Positions 25,334-38,123 are shown, counted from the first letter of the stretch. The stretch is DNA of 64,000 bases from Minutocellus sp. GHC0000111 (GCA_977018835.1 OZ361260.1:3596001-3660000); one strand, 5' to 3'. The notes: generated from the sequence alone by a model not told the origin. Translations and numbers: made by a program.

Positions 25334-27295
25334 TTACCCGATACTCTTTCTATGAAACGAATCGCTGTACGTATTCAGTGTCGCTTCGTCGGTCATTCCG
25401 GTGGTTGACACAGTTGCCGCTTCGGACGTGAGACTTGCAAATGTTTTGGCCAAGCCAGTAATGGCAGCGCTCGGATCGAGGGGAGTTCTACCTGGACTTG
25501 AACTTGAGGTCCGCTTGCGTTCTTTCACGGCTGCTTTGCCATATACGTTGTCCAGGAGCGTACCAACATCTGCAAGACCGGGAATGCTATCCTCTGCATC
25601 CACCGGGGCAAGGGATGGTCTCGGCTGCTGAAGCCTTCGAGTAGCATCTTGTGGGTTGATATTAGATTCAAGCTCATTGATCTTTGCTTCAATTGCCTTG
25701 GGCAATACATCGGACAATTGGATCTCCTTTGGAACAACCAGATAGTAAACGTCTTTTAGAAATCCGCGGACGATAGAACCATCTCGATTTGCCTTTTCGT
25801 ACAGCTTTTCGACACAGTCCAAGGCTCCTTCTGCCTCTGAATCTAAAACACCAGCGGCAACACCGATGATGTCGCACATCGTTTGAATGATTTCCATTTC
25901 TTCGTAAAGCGATTGGCGAAGGGAAGGAATATCGACAGTCCAGTCCTCAAATGCGAACTGAATGAGCTTTAGATCGCCTTGGACTCGAACTGCCGCTCTT
26001 ACCGGATCAACAAATGAGAAGGTTCGCCGGCCAGAAGTTGAACCTCTATCTCCAGATCCACGCCTTCTTTTTTCGGCCTCCCTTTTCTGTAGCTTAAGAG
26101 TGCCCTTGTGGGCCCTCATCGCCTTCTGAATTAGGCACCTCACATAAAACACGATAGTAGCATTCACCAAAGCATCGAGGGCCTTTCTGTAAAGGATGTC
26201 GTCGTCCAAGTATAATTTGAGCTCCGCTTTATATTCTTCCGTAGTCTTGAGGAGGCTTTGAACCACTTCATTGGAAGTGTATTTGCTCTCCCACCGACTA
26301 CCAAACAGGTCAGCCTTGACCTCGGAATCAAGCACACTTTCCATCGCGAAGCCGTACGTCATCTGGGCTGCATAGGTGGAGTCTGCAGCATACAGTTGCA
26401 ATAGCTCGCCCACCTCCACCTGGTTGGGCTCGAGATTGATTGACCTATCTGATTTGCCTGGTTTCACGACAAGCTTGAGATGTGGGTGGGCGCCGTTCAG
26501 TTCCTGAGCCCAATCCTTTAACCAATCAGACAGGCGATGGAAATCATTGGTCGCTGCACAGCATCGCTCGAGATCGGAGAGGAAGCAGTCCCTGTAGTCC
26601 ACTTGGGCCTCAAACAAAACCTTGAAGATGGCATGGACTGCATAACTACGAAGGTCATCTTGATCTACTCGATCTACCTCGAGCGACAACACCTCGTCCA
26701 TCACTTCAAATTGGACAGTAATAACGTAGACAACATCTTCGCACAATCCAATGGACACTTTTCCGCCCCTGGACTTTGACTCCCGAGGTGCTCTCTCAGT
26801 TTGATAGGCTGCTCGGATGCTTTTCGATGCATTATCAACGAGCTGATTCATCAGTTCTCGCCCGGGGTGGTCGTCGTCGTGGACGGACGTCGGACTTGGG
26901 GGATCAGGTTCCATTGGGCGCAACACTTCCTGTTGTATATTCTCGGGTGCAGCATCTCCTGAGGTGACATTATTGCCATTGCCCATGGCCAGAAGCACAT
27001 TTTGCAAGGCAGGGTCGACTCCGAGCGAGGGCTTAATTGTAGACTCTGATACTACTGACGACCCCTTCGACGAACGTCTCTTCCGGGCCTTTTGCGTCGG
27101 TTTGGATGGGAGGGACATGGAGGTCAGGGCCGAGCCCTTTGATGACGAAGCGTGCTCGCCTGGAGCAGACTGGGCGCTTACGCTCACCTCATCGTGCATC
27201 GAGGCAATGTCAAAGTCGAGCGATCCAGTAATCTTCTTTTCGAGTGCCTCGATGCGGCTGTAAAGATTTTTGGTTGGTTCGGTAATGGCTCTCAT
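25334..27295 (-). CDS. Helical protein, possibly exocyst Sec6-like
   Basis: 653-aa ORF; CCAATNDFHRL and helical repeats are reminiscent of Sec6. The family call is weak. Confidence 0.5.
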   Translation of the reverse strand: MRAITEPTKNLYSRIEALEKKITGSLDFDIASMHDEVSVSAQSAPGEHASSSKGSALTSMSLPSKPTQKARKRRSSKGSSVVSESTIKPSLGVDPALQNVLLAMGNGNNVTSGDAAPENIQQEVLRPMEPDPPSPTSVHDDDHPGRELMNQLVDNASKSIRAAYQTERAPRESKSRGGKVSIGLCEDVVYVITVQFEVMDEVLSLEVDRVDQDDLRSYAVHAIFKVLFEAQVDYRDCFLSDLERCCAATNDFHRLSDWLKDWAQELNGAHPHLKLVVKPGKSDRSINLEPNQVEVGELLQLYAADSTYAAQMTYGFAMESVLDSEVKADLFGSRWESKYTSNEVVQSLLKTTEEYKAELKLYLDDDILYRKALDALVNATIVFYVRCLIQKAMRAHKGTLKLQKREAEKRRRGSGDRGSTSGRRTFSFVDPVRAAVRVQGDLKLIQFAFEDWTVDIPSLRQSLYEEMEIIQTMCDIIGVAAGVLDSEAEGALDCVEKLYEKANRDGSIVRGFLKDVYYLVVPKEIQLSDVLPKAIEAKINELESNINPQDATRRLQQPRPSLAPVDAEDSIPGLADVGTLLDNVYGKAAVKERKRTSSSSPGRTPLDPSAAITGLAKTFASLTSEAATVSTTGMTDEATLNTYSDSFHRKSIG

Positions 27296-27994
27296 TTATC
27301 ATTTAAAAATACGTGAGGGTGCTCACAAATGCAAAGTAGATGGATAGATTTAACAATCAAACGCTGATGTATCAATTGAGGGCCGAGATGCGTGCGGGCA
27401 TTCTTGGATGCGAATTTGCGATTGTCTGAGATGATGGGCGTGTTTTCCGTGACGAGCAAGCAAACCCCAAAGCACTTGGCACGGATGGGATGCTGTGCAA
27501 GTCGAGTGATAGTGCGTGAAAGTTGTGGTCTTACTAGTGTCAGGACGCTGGGCTACATAATGGAGAAACGAACAGGGTGAAGTGTGATGGGTGGGCGAGC
27601 GAGGGAGAGGCCCAACGAAACGAAACTCCTGCAAAACGTCAAAACAACAAGAAATCTTGTGTGGGATGGAGCAGTTTAGATCTACAGTTGGCCTGCCATG
27701 CTTCATGACAGGCCGGCCGGACGCGTTGTAGCAGTCAATGAATGCAAATATTGCCCTCGAAAATGTCACTCTCACACACGAACTCGCTTGCTTGCTTTCA
27801 GAGAGTGGAATTGTCCCCCCCCCCCCATCCCCGGGTGTTTGGATCACGAGCATCTTCGGTCGAATAAGTCATCAATTGGCAAATGAGCTCATAACCTTTC
27901 GTCTCTTGGCCACAGAGCCGATCATAAACGATCATAAACGTAAACGAGGCTCACATGTCAAGTAAAGTCAGCATTGGAATCTTGCAGTAAGACG

Positions 27995-28587
27995 ATGCCC
28001 TCCCCAGCTGTTAAATCTCTTACAATTGCCGCGGCCATTCTCGCAGGCCCTTCGTCGGCATTTGTTGCGCCCAACGTGCCATCAACTCCTACTACTAGCC
28101 TCTCTGCCATCACCATCAGTGAAGTGCCCGCCGAGGGTGACCGCTCTATTATCGACGGCCCCGATGGAGCCATCGTTGTTACCAAGGCCGCTGGTTCGTA
28201 CTACGCTGTTGAGGCCAAATGCCCTCACCTCGGACTGGTGAGTTATATTTTCCCCCCATTAATTCAGTATACTTGTGTTGTGTGTAAAATGTCGCCTTTG
28301 CATTTTGATCTCAATACGATGTATCCTCCATATTTAATCACAATTTGCAGCCAATGAAAAAGGGCAAAATTGAGAGTGGACCCGATGGTGTTCCAGAGAT
28401 CACGTGCAGTTTCCACAACTCTTGCTTCAATATGCAGACAGGAGCATGCACCAAGTGGGTGACAGGTGCTTTGGGCGTGGAGAACGGTCTCATCAGCGGC
28501 ATCATGGGAAAGGTCGGGTCGGACCAGTCGGACGTAAAGGCTTATACTGTCACTGAGAATGCAGATGGAACGCTGTCCATCGAGTAG
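27995..28587 (+). CDS. Plastid-targeted Rieske [2Fe-2S] ferredoxin-like protein; intron 28238-28350
   Basis: Signal peptide plus SSAFVAP; CPHLGL|PM...ITCSFHNSCF (CxH...CxxH); GTGAGT..CAG intron. Confidence 0.9.
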
Positions 28588-29376
28588 GATTGTGTAGAGG
28601 AAAATAAAAAAAGGTGAGGGATTTTGCGGCTACAATTTTTTGGTGACTTTAAAGAAGCGGTACGTAGAACGCGCAAGTACCGGTTGTCAGAAAAAAGTGA
28701 GGCCGATGCGCTCACAAATCACTACGTAGTGCCGGTAATGAGAAAAAGTGGGACCGAATCGCTCAAATTGTGATGTGCACGTGATGATTTCAGAATAATC
28801 TATGATAGGAAGAGATGTAGCCAGTAGCAAAAAAGGATGTGGTCGTGGCGGATCTTTCCAAAATGGTTTGTAAATGCCACGCTTCATCTCTGGCTTTGAC
28901 CAAGAATTTTAATATCGACTGCGTCTGATGCATATCTTGAGCTGAGCTTTTCGGCTTCGTACCGCAGGTGGCAGAGAATTCGATTGCTAAGTCCTGCCTT
29001 TCTACGCATTTTGCTTACGATTCAATTATGCATTTCTTTTTTTCTTTGTGCGTGCTTTTGTTACCGGAATTATAATATATAGCACTATGGATGGCTAGCT
29101 ACGTAGATGCGAGATCGAGACCAGGGGATGAAATATATATGATCGGGTTCATCTATTTATTTCACATATATGTGCTGCATCAAGGAACGTTACTCTAGTA
29201 ATACATAGTGATTGGAAAATAGCATTTGATACTTACATATATTATGTAATATAAACCTGAGTTTTCGCCACAGCAAAAAGATAAATGAGATGTTGTTTCT
29301 CACTGCGCTGACTATGCCATAACTTGTCTTATAGGCGACCCTTGCCTTTCTCCCAAACCTTCATCAATCTATCTCT

Positions 29377-29772
29377 CTATATTCCATAAGAGATAAGATT
29401 ATATAATCGCACAAGAAGAAACATGAAGGCGACAACTACTGCCGAGAATGTAATCGAGGCAAGTTGAGGTTCCCTCCTTACGAAGCGTTTGAGTGTCTCA
29501 GCAACTGCGCCCTGGTCGCTGCGGTTGTTTGCGTCCAATATGGGTGTATCCAGAAAGTCATTGATTTGATCAAAAAGAGACGACTCTTCCTTTTGTGCGG
29601 CATTGTTGCTCCTGGTGGATGGGCCATCTTCGCCGTCCTTGGTATCTCCAAGCCTCCACGCCGCCGTCCGTGCAGAAAGTTGATGAGGAGCGAAAGACAC
29701 AGGCACGAATGCTACTGCACCATTCATGATGAATGGCACCACCACGATGGCGCAAAGCACGTTCTTGACCAT
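29377..29772 (-). CDS. Small plastid-targeted protein with a C-terminal TM helix
   Basis: Signal peptide plus AVAFVP; hydrophobic C-terminal segment. Confidence 0.7.
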   Translation of the reverse strand: MVKNVLCAIVVVPFIMNGAVAFVPVSFAPHQLSARTAAWRLGDTKDGEDGPSTRSNNAAQKEESSLFDQINDFLDTPILDANNRSDQGAVAETLKRFVRREPQLASITFSAVVVAFMFLLVRLYNLISYGI

Positions 29773-30105
29773 CGAGCACTTGTTATCGCAAATGAATACT
29801 CGTCGACCTCCTGCCCGCGATTTGGGATGGGATGAATGACGAATACGATACGCACGCACGAGACCCGGAAACCAGCCTAAGTACCGGTGCGTGCACCAGC
29901 GCGAGACGGAAAGAAGAATTACCGGAAATTGAATGAATCGAATCGAAATAACTGACTAGAAATACTACATGTAGTAGTAGAGTCAATACAAATAAAATAG
30001 AGTTACATGTACCTTCGCTGGCCTTATTTGCTTTGTTAGCTATTCGAATTCCTAAATCTACCAATGCCACCAAACGCTACCGGTACGGTGGTGCCTCATC
30101 CATTA

Positions 30106-32860
30106 TTATTGATGATGATACTTCACATTCAAGCTGCCTCCATCAAACTTCTTGCCGTCCTTCCGCCACACATCGAAAATGATTCCATTCTTCTGATAGG
30201 CCAGGTACATGTGCTTTTTGTTTGGACTGAATGCCAATCCTGTCGTCTCCTCCTTGTAGATTGGACTTTCCAAAATGGTGAAGTATCGGCCCTGGGCATC
30301 TCGTCCGTGTATTCCAGCCTCGGCTCCTCCATCTTCGGTCAGGTACATGATACCATCGTCCCCTCCAAGTCGAACCAGCTGGTCCGGACTGACATCGATG
30401 CCCTCTTCTCGGACGATCTTGCGCTCGTAGGTGAAATTATCGAGATCCAAGATGAACAAGTCTTCATCCTTCTTGGAAACAAAGTATAGAATACCGTTGG
30501 CAACGTCGATACCCTCAGCGTTGGGATAATACTGCTGTGCTGACTTTCCAGCCTTGCTTTTATTGTCTATCCATTGGTACGTTCCATTTCGGCCTTCCTC
30601 ATCGGCAGGGATGAGGAAGAGATAGTCCAGAGTACCCTTCTCATCGTGCAGCATACGCGACGGGTTATCCCAATCGACAGTAGCTGGAGTGAAGCGACGC
30701 ACGGCACCATCGGCCTGATCTTCCGTGACAAAGAAACGAGGAAGGTTTTCATCTCGTAAATCATGAGCAAAAGACTCAAAGCTTCCACCATCGGCTCCAC
30801 CAAGAACAGTTCGCGTTTCGCTCTTTTTCTGTATACCCTCAGAGAAAGGATCTACCTGAAAGCAATGCCCAACAGGAGGAGTTCTTCGTGATTCTTCACA
30901 AGTAATGAAGGTATTCCAGGGCGTGGTGCCGCCGCCACAGTTCCGATCCGTCTTTTCCAAAATCATATCGTATCCAATCACTTTGCCATAGCGGTTGAAA
31001 GTAATTCTTCCGACTCCTCCTGCAACACTTTGTCCATTCGACGATTCTTTCTCAATCTCAGAATTGGAAACATAAATCCACCCCCCCTGATTAGTTGGTG
31101 ACGAATCAGGAACTTTGAATGTAGCTCCAAAGTCTGGCCTCTCGTGAAAGACAGTGTCAGACCTACTACCGTCGTTTAAGGGGACCGGTCGTTTGGAGTT
31201 GGCAATAATTCGTATATCAAGACCATTGGAGAGACGAACTCCAAGCTTCATCTGTGTCAGATGGCCAGGAACATATACATTGGGGTCGGATATTTGATCG
31301 ATGGTTGTTGGTGCTATTGTAGGGCTCAGCGTCTCAACAACTAGAGTTGGAGGACGTTGCTTCTTTTTCGGCTTTTCTGTCGGAGATGCTGTTGGCATCA
31401 AGGTTGGCTCGGGAGTCTGCACAGCGGCAAAAATTTTCATGGACTGGACATAGCCCCACTGATCACCCTTCTGGCGACCTTCGAACGTAATGGATTGAAG
31501 AAAAACGTAGTTGTCGAAACGAAAATCGATATAGTCGCCAGTTCTCGCTGACGAGGCACACCACGACCATCCGCTGTCGCACCTGTGCTCGGAGGGTAAC
31601 GCGCCGTTGATAGCTGCGCACGTATAGTCTTTGTGGGAGGATGATGATGTCTGCGATGTTGGGACAACTGTTTGTCCGTAAATATCGGTGAAGCCAACTC
31701 GCAAGCTGGGCCAATTGACGTACGACTTGACCTGAACTCGGATGGCATCGGCAACGACGGGCTCGTCAAATGATCTGGTTATGGTTCCCGAACATCCCTG
31801 GGAGGTTGGGCCTCGCATATCCTTTATGAATTTAAATGTTCCGGCAATCCTGTCCGGTGCAGCTGTTGGTTGGCTCGTTTCGTCAACGTAGTTGACCTTC
31901 CCGGCGACCTTTGGTGCCACAAGGATTGTACCGGCCACGGCAGCGACCATGACCAATCCAACAATGACGCATTTGGTCCTATTGAACCGACTACAAAGTG
32001 AGGTCGACTCTCTGGCTTCGTTTTCATCGAATTCATCGGAGAAGTCAAACGAATTTTCCGTCGTTGGCGTAACGATTGGCTGTTTCTTGATTTTGCTGTG
32101 GTTCTCATCGTCACTACTACCGCTGCTGGTGGAAGACGTATCGACTGTACTGGCAAAAGATTTCATCGAACGCTTCATTGCCATAGAAAGCACGTTGGAC
32201 TGAGGATAGGATGGTCTCGGGGATTCATTGTTTTGTCTGTCACTTTCATTTTCGTCGAAGGTATCATTTTCATCGGAGGGAGGGAACATCGTCGCTGGAG
32301 ACGCGTCGGTGGTTGCAGGGGCAGCAGAAGCAGCATTCCACGCCAGATTCATTCCAGTTCGTGGGAAGGCTCTGTAAGAATAAGGATAGAGGCATACAAT
32401 GCAAGAAAAAGGTTGGGAGGATGAGTCATTACTGACGAACGGTGAAAGTGAAATATCGAAAATCGAAAAAAAACGACAATGCCGTTTGACAGCAGGAGAG
32501 AAGTGAGCACGCGAAAAGATACACATGATATGCGGCCATCATTAGATCTACTCACCGCTCGCTCGCCAAGTCGCTGCACATGCTTTCATCGGCTTCTTCC
32601 ACAATGGTGGAGAGGTTAGGACCGTCGCCAGAGCTTACGACGGGCACAGATTTTTTGTCGTTGGTGGTTTTTCTGTGGCCGCGGCCGGATCTCGTCGTTG
32701 CTGTCAACGACCCACCGGCATGTGCCGATTTGGCTGGCGCCATGGCGTCGGAGGAAGGAGGCGGTGCCGCTTGCTCTACTGATGATGTAGGCTGGTCGGC
32801 GAGATTGTCTCTCTCGGCGTCCCGCTGTTGGTTGTTGGCTCCCTTTGGCTGGAACCACAT
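30106..32860 (-). CDS. PhoX-like (DUF839) alkaline phosphatase, type II membrane-anchored, with a discoidin-like domain and a P/T stalk; intron 32555-32372
   Basis: FHERPDFGA, GGWIYVSNSE, NCGGGTTPWNTFITCEE, EGI, SPDQ, LTEDGG and ETTGLAFSP motifs; one TM. The GTGAGT..CAG intron splices in frame (SER|AFP). Confidence 0.85.
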
Positions 32861-33265
32861 TGTTGAGATTATGTTGAGCCAAGCAGAGCCGGTTGGATGA
32901 AAATGTGGTTCCGTCTTGCTGTCTCTTTGGTTTCGACGGTTTGGATCTGAGCATTTCATATGTACGGCAACGTACGTACACCAAAACGTCTGGACGTCGT
33001 CAGGAGCCAGATTCGATAACCCTCGTAGACTCGACTCAACCCTCAAAGAAGTGGCACTTGTTGTCATCGGCGCAGATGACTGCTATGCTGCCATCAACCA
33101 AACTTCAAGAGGCATCAATCAAGACCAAGCGATTTTTATCAGGCCCATCACCATTTCTCGACCACTCGCTTGCTTCTTTCGGCATACGAACGAACGCAAA
33201 GAAGCATTCCTCTCTCTTATTGCCGCTCATTTATTCTTCTTCGGCTAAAATAACTGCCACCTAAC

Positions 33266-34144
33266 ATGACGATGGCAGCACCATCGACATCCACGTACCG
33301 TCCCCGAGCCCGCTCGGGGAGCATCCTCAGCTCCCAGCGAATCACGTCTCGCGCTTTGGCAACGGGTAATATTGCCGCCGCAACAAGAAAGGAACGTGTG
33401 GGCCAATGCGGCCCTGCAATGACGTCCGCAACTCCTCCCCTTAAGGTCTCCTTCCAGCAGCGGCCTCTCCGCGCCCAGCCCGCGCCGGCGCCTCCCTCGA
33501 CCCTCGTGCACGCCAAGACATCCACGTCCTCACCGTCCCGAGGCGCCAAACGCCCGGCGCCACCGGCCGCGGCGCCCATCCCCCTTCCCTCCAGTCACAT
33601 CCCCCGGACCAAGAGTGAACTTCAACTCCGGGAGGACATCGTCGCCGCCGAGTGGGCCGATCTCGCCATGTTCCACCGTTTAGTCAACGGCATGCGCGAC
33701 CGCCACCAGCAGACATCGACAACAATGCTGGAACAGCAGCAGCAGCACAGGCTTCAAAAACAGAGGAGTCTTTTCGCTCCTGCCCCGCCCTCCCGTGGCA
33801 CCCAGCGGCAGACCGAACAGTGCATCAACTCCATCATCTGCACGAGGCAGGCTGAGCAGTCTCAGCAAGAGCACAACCAAGAAGGTCACAACTCCCGCCG
33901 CCGCCACATCGTGTCCCCCGAGACGACCACCAAGGTTCTCCCCGGTGCCAACGACCAAGACCAACCTCGTCACAGTCACCTCGACACCCTGTACGCCGCC
34001 CTCTCCCAGGCCGCCAACGAGGACTGGTCCCTCGAGGGATATTACGACGACAAGATCACCAACGCGAAGGAGGAGGATGTCATGGTCGACGGCAATGAAG
34101 ATGATGCCGACGCTGATGATGGCATCTTCAGCCTCGACTTGTAA
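33266..34144 (+). CDS. Hypothetical protein (diatom-type, ends GIFSLDL)
   Basis: 292-aa ORF with HIPRTKSELQL...MFHRLVNGM core and an acidic tail. Confidence 0.65.
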   Translation: MTMAAPSTSTYRPRARSGSILSSQRITSRALATGNIAAATRKERVGQCGPAMTSATPPLKVSFQQRPLRAQPAPAPPSTLVHAKTSTSSPSRGAKRPAPPAAAPIPLPSSHIPRTKSELQLREDIVAAEWADLAMFHRLVNGMRDRHQQTSTTMLEQQQQHRLQKQRSLFAPAPPSRGTQRQTEQCINSIICTRQAEQSQQEHNQEGHNSRRRHIVSPETTTKVLPGANDQDQPRHSHLDTLYAALSQAANEDWSLEGYYDDKITNAKEEDVMVDGNEDDADADDGIFSLDL

Positions 34145-34963
34145 CGATTCGCCCCCCTTCTTCATCGATCAACTACCTACGCTATTGCTACGCTGCTACG
34201 CAATACCATGCTTTGTGCTATTCATGACAATGTTTTCCTATAGATTATCAAACGAATGCCAGATCTTAACAAGAGGTCGGCAGATCAGTCAAATGTTCCC
34301 TCCTTTGCCCGCCTTCCCACCTTAGAGACAGCTCTGCTAGCTACGTGTGTAGACTACCGAGCCTACATGCTGTACATAGAAGTGAAAGATGCCCCTGTAA
34401 ATATAATAGACCGATCAATCATTGGCAAATCCTTCTTAGTATTGCAATATCGTAGATCTGTCTTTTATCTTTACCGGTTTGTGAGGGCAGAGTAGATCTA
34501 GAGGGGAGGGGGTGAGCACTTTCTCTCACACTCGCCAATGGCTCTCTCGATGAAATCATCCAATCAGGCGGCGCGGCAAGATCAATCTAGATCTAGATCT
34601 CCCGGTTCTCTAGAGCTAGTCTACACAGAAAAAGAAAGATCAACAAAAAATGCATGGCGTTTCCTCGGAGATCCAAAGCAAAATCGTTGTGGAAGCAATG
34701 ACGAACTTAGGACGTCACAGCTTCTCTGGCGAGTGCGGCAGTTGATGGTGCTTGCTCGCCTTTTTCTATTCTCTGCTTTTCTGACGCTCTCAGTCGATTG
34801 AGTCTCACAATCTTTGTTCCCGAAACCCGAAACAAGCAAACGATCCCGGATTTTGCTACGATTGACAATACCGGCAAGAGCCAACCCAGAATGAAAATCC
34901 AATGACAGTTGATCTATTGCACCACATTTTCACTATTTTTCTTTCCAATCCATACAAATAACA

Positions 34964-36288
34964 ATGCATATCTCCGCCCCTTATTTCGCATTTGCATCTC
35001 TAGCCGCATCTTCCGCGGGTGTAGCTTCGGCTAGTGACGCCAACATGATGCTCCGTGCAATAGTAGATCTTCCAGAGGCGGAAATGCGATCTTTGATTGC
35101 GTCCAAGGCAAAGAGTGCCGAGAAGCTCTCTACATTGCTTCACTTTCTCAAGGATAAGCACGAATCGAACCGATTCTTGCAGGGAGATGCCGTCCCTGAA
35201 CTTTACGAGGGAGACGGCGACGCTCCTCCGGGCTTCGGATTCGACTTTGGTGATGTGGATCTGGGAGACCTGGCGGGCAGCTTTGACCTATGTGGCAAAG
35301 ACAACGATTTGGAATTCATGGGAACCACCTGCTCCTGCTCATTGAGATCGGCCGATAAAGAATATTCTGGACTAATGGATATCATCGGAGACTTCTCGCA
35401 TGTCATGGAGAACGGTCGTAAGTAATTAACGGCATTGTGCATCCATATTTTACCAACTACACCTCGACAACAATTCACATGCTTTTAACATCGCAAATAT
35501 TCTCTTTCATCTTTCATTGAATTTCTCCCCGTTCAGTCGACGTTGGGTTCGGATGCGAGATGCCAACGAGATGTGATACGGCACGCAAGTACTTATTCCT
35601 ATTGTATGCTTTATTTATTACAAGAGTTATATAGACCTCCTTTTTACGTGTACTTACTTTCACGAATCGTTCACTCCCTCCAGTTGGTAAGGACGAGTGC
35701 AGTGCAGGCCAGGTGTCGTGCGAAATGAAAATCGACACCAATGACTTCCTCAACAGCTCATTCGACTTTGATACCTGTGTGAAGTACAAAAACCCGCCCG
35801 GAAGCGATGGGTTGCCTGATGAGACTAGGCAAAGCATGATGACAGGACATGTCCTCTGCGTCGACGTGGACATGTGCTCTCCAACCGTTGCCACAGAGAG
35901 GTCGGCCTTCGACAATTTAGACTTTGATATGTCCAATATTCTATGTGGGTGCACTGCTACTCTGCAGGGTCCCTCCACGTCCGACCTAGAGGAAAGTTGC
36001 ACCTGCGAGTTATGCGATGGCTTCTTGGGAGGTGTTCAGCTTACGTGCGGTCAGGGGAGCAATGAGATCCGCAGCACGTGTGAGGAGACCGGCCTTGAAT
36101 TCGTTAACCCCACCGATATTTCTTCAATTTCCCAGGTCAAGTTTGCACCCCAATTTGCAATCGTTGAGTCAGATGCTCCCACTGAAAACGATACAAGCGC
36201 TGGAATCACCACAACCCCAGGATTCGCCTACACCTCCTTTGTTGCTGCTCTAAGCGTCGGGGCACTTTTGATTTCTGTATTGGCTTAG
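34964..36288 (+). CDS. Secreted, possibly GPI-anchored Cys-rich surface protein; about two introns within 35415-35683
   Basis: N-terminal signal peptide, CxC-rich exons and a C-terminal hydrophobic tail; splice-like sites between the ORFs. Confidence 0.65.
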
Positions 36289-36385
36289 AAAATATATTTG
36301 ATTGTCTCATATATTCGTGTATCGCCATTAAATGTTTAGGACCGACTTTGATTTAGTGTTAACACTGTGCAACTAGCGAAATCAT

Positions 36386-37165
36386 CTACTGGAATGTGAG
36401 CTTCCAAAAGAAGGCAAGGAGGACACATTGGGCTACTCCTCGTCCAGCATGTCCCCAGGGATACGGTATGGCGGGCGCATTCTTCATCTGAGCATCGTGC
36501 GTGAACATATACATGTTTGCTGGAGTCACCGCCGCCACTAGCAGACAGAGGAGGAATGCCGGTATTTGGACAGGAATATCAAAGAGACCAACTCCGCTTC
36601 CAGCCAGTAACAAGCCACCCCCAATCTCGGCAACGCCGGTCCAGTATGAGTGGTATTCTTCATATGTTAGCCCAAGTTCTTCGGCTCCAGGCGCTGGCAC
36701 GTCCCAAAGCCCACCCCAGATACCTCGAGGTGGTACAATGCTCGTGAAGGATTCCTTTAGAGCAAAATGGCTGACGCCAGCGGCAACAAAGATGAGACCG
36801 AGCGGTAGAGGCCACGTATAATCCCTCCACAAATCAAACCACTCATATGGAAGCAAGTCCTCTACAAAACCGAGGAAGCCAACAATGACCGACGTCCCCA
36901 AGAGAATGCCTGCAGATATGGCCCCGACGGCCAACTTTTGCTGGGACGGCTCCATGGCCGAAACCAAGATGGATGGGTCCGGTCGAAGAATGTCGATGCC
37001 GGCCTGCTCTTCCGATTCCGCATGCAATCTCACAACATTTGGGCGTCGAAGACCCAATGCAAGAGAAGGAGCATTTGGTGCAATGCAAGTCGGTGGTGAG
37101 AACGCACTGGTGGAAGCCACCGCCGATGCGACCAGCAGGAGTGCAAACTTCGTTTTCATCGCCAT
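36386..37165 (-). CDS. Plastid-targeted DoxX-like membrane protein
   Basis: Signal peptide plus [20 protein letters not shown]...IVPP...TGVAEIGGG...VTPANMYM pattern. Confidence 0.75.
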   Translation of the reverse strand: MAMKTKFALLLVASAVASTSAFSPPTCIAPNAPSLALGLRRPNVVRLHAESEEQAGIDILRPDPSILVSAMEPSQQKLAVGAISAGILLGTSVIVGFLGFVEDLLPYEWFDLWRDYTWPLPLGLIFVAAGVSHFALKESFTSIVPPRGIWGGLWDVPAPGAEELGLTYEEYHSYWTGVAEIGGGLLLAGSGVGLFDIPVQIPAFLLCLLVAAVTPANMYMFTHDAQMKNAPAIPYPWGHAGRGVAQCVLLAFFWKLTFQ

Positions 37166-37334
37166 ATCTCTCGTGCCACCGGCAACCAAAGCAGCACGCG
37201 TCGTTACAGTCGCAAATGGCGCTATGGGGCCTTGCTCATTGCTTGCTCATTGCCTCATTTTTGTTCGTCCGTCGTCCGCAAGCTCGTACGTACGGTTAAT
37301 TGTAACGATAACTGAGTCATTTTTTTCTTTGACC

Positions 37335-38123
37335 ATGGCGAGAGGCAACTTCGTGCTGCTGCTTGCCACGGCGGCGGCGGTACTCGTGTCGCCAGCAAGT
37401 GCCTTCTTCGGCGGCGCCACGACGAATCCATCTGCCTCGGCATCTGCTCAAATTGGAACGACCCCACTCGAACGCTTGGCGGATGTGCAGCTTACCTCGG
37501 TCTCCTCTGGCCAACCAACCCTGCTGACGTCGCAGTGGCGAAACAAAGAGCTGCTGCCCTGGCAGAACGAACGATGTGTCATTGAATTTCTTCGACACTA
37601 TGGATGAGTGTTCTGCTGGGAGAGGGCCGTCGAGTTGAAGCGCGATGCTCTCCCAGCATTGGAGGATAATGGAGTCAAGCTGCTTCTCGTCGGGATTGGC
37701 TCTCTTGAATCTGGTCAGACCTTCGGCGAACGAACAGGATTCCCTCAGGACATGCTGCTTGTTGATGAAAGTGAAGAGACGGAGGCATACAAATCCATCG
37801 GCACTCGCAACTCACAAAGAGATCCTTCCACGAACAAGCAAATATTCGAGGGTGTCGAGTCGATGTGGAGCTCTGCAACAACAGACGCCATTGAGATCCG
37901 TGGACGAGACGACTTAAATGCCATCACGGGTAATCTCTTCAAGCCAGGAATTTACAAGCCAATGATGCCAAGTACAGTGGAAGCTACTCTTGTTCAGGGA
38001 GCAAGCTTTGTTTTCAAGGGAAAGGATGCTCTTTTGGAACATTACGATGAATCGTCTGGGGCGCACGTTTCTGTAGAAGAGCTCTTGGAGGCTGCTCTGT
38101 CGAAAAAAGCAGGAAACTTGTAG
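37335..38123 (+). CDS. Plastid-targeted peroxiredoxin-like selenoprotein (AhpC/TSA-2, PRXL2/SelU-like), with Sec at TGA 37605-37607
   Basis: ORFs 36885..37607 and 37608..38123 are contiguous in frame: EFLRHYG-U-VFC-WERA (UxxC). C-terminal QGASFVF..KDALLEHYD; signal peptide plus ASAFFG; SECIS downstream. Confidence 0.9.
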
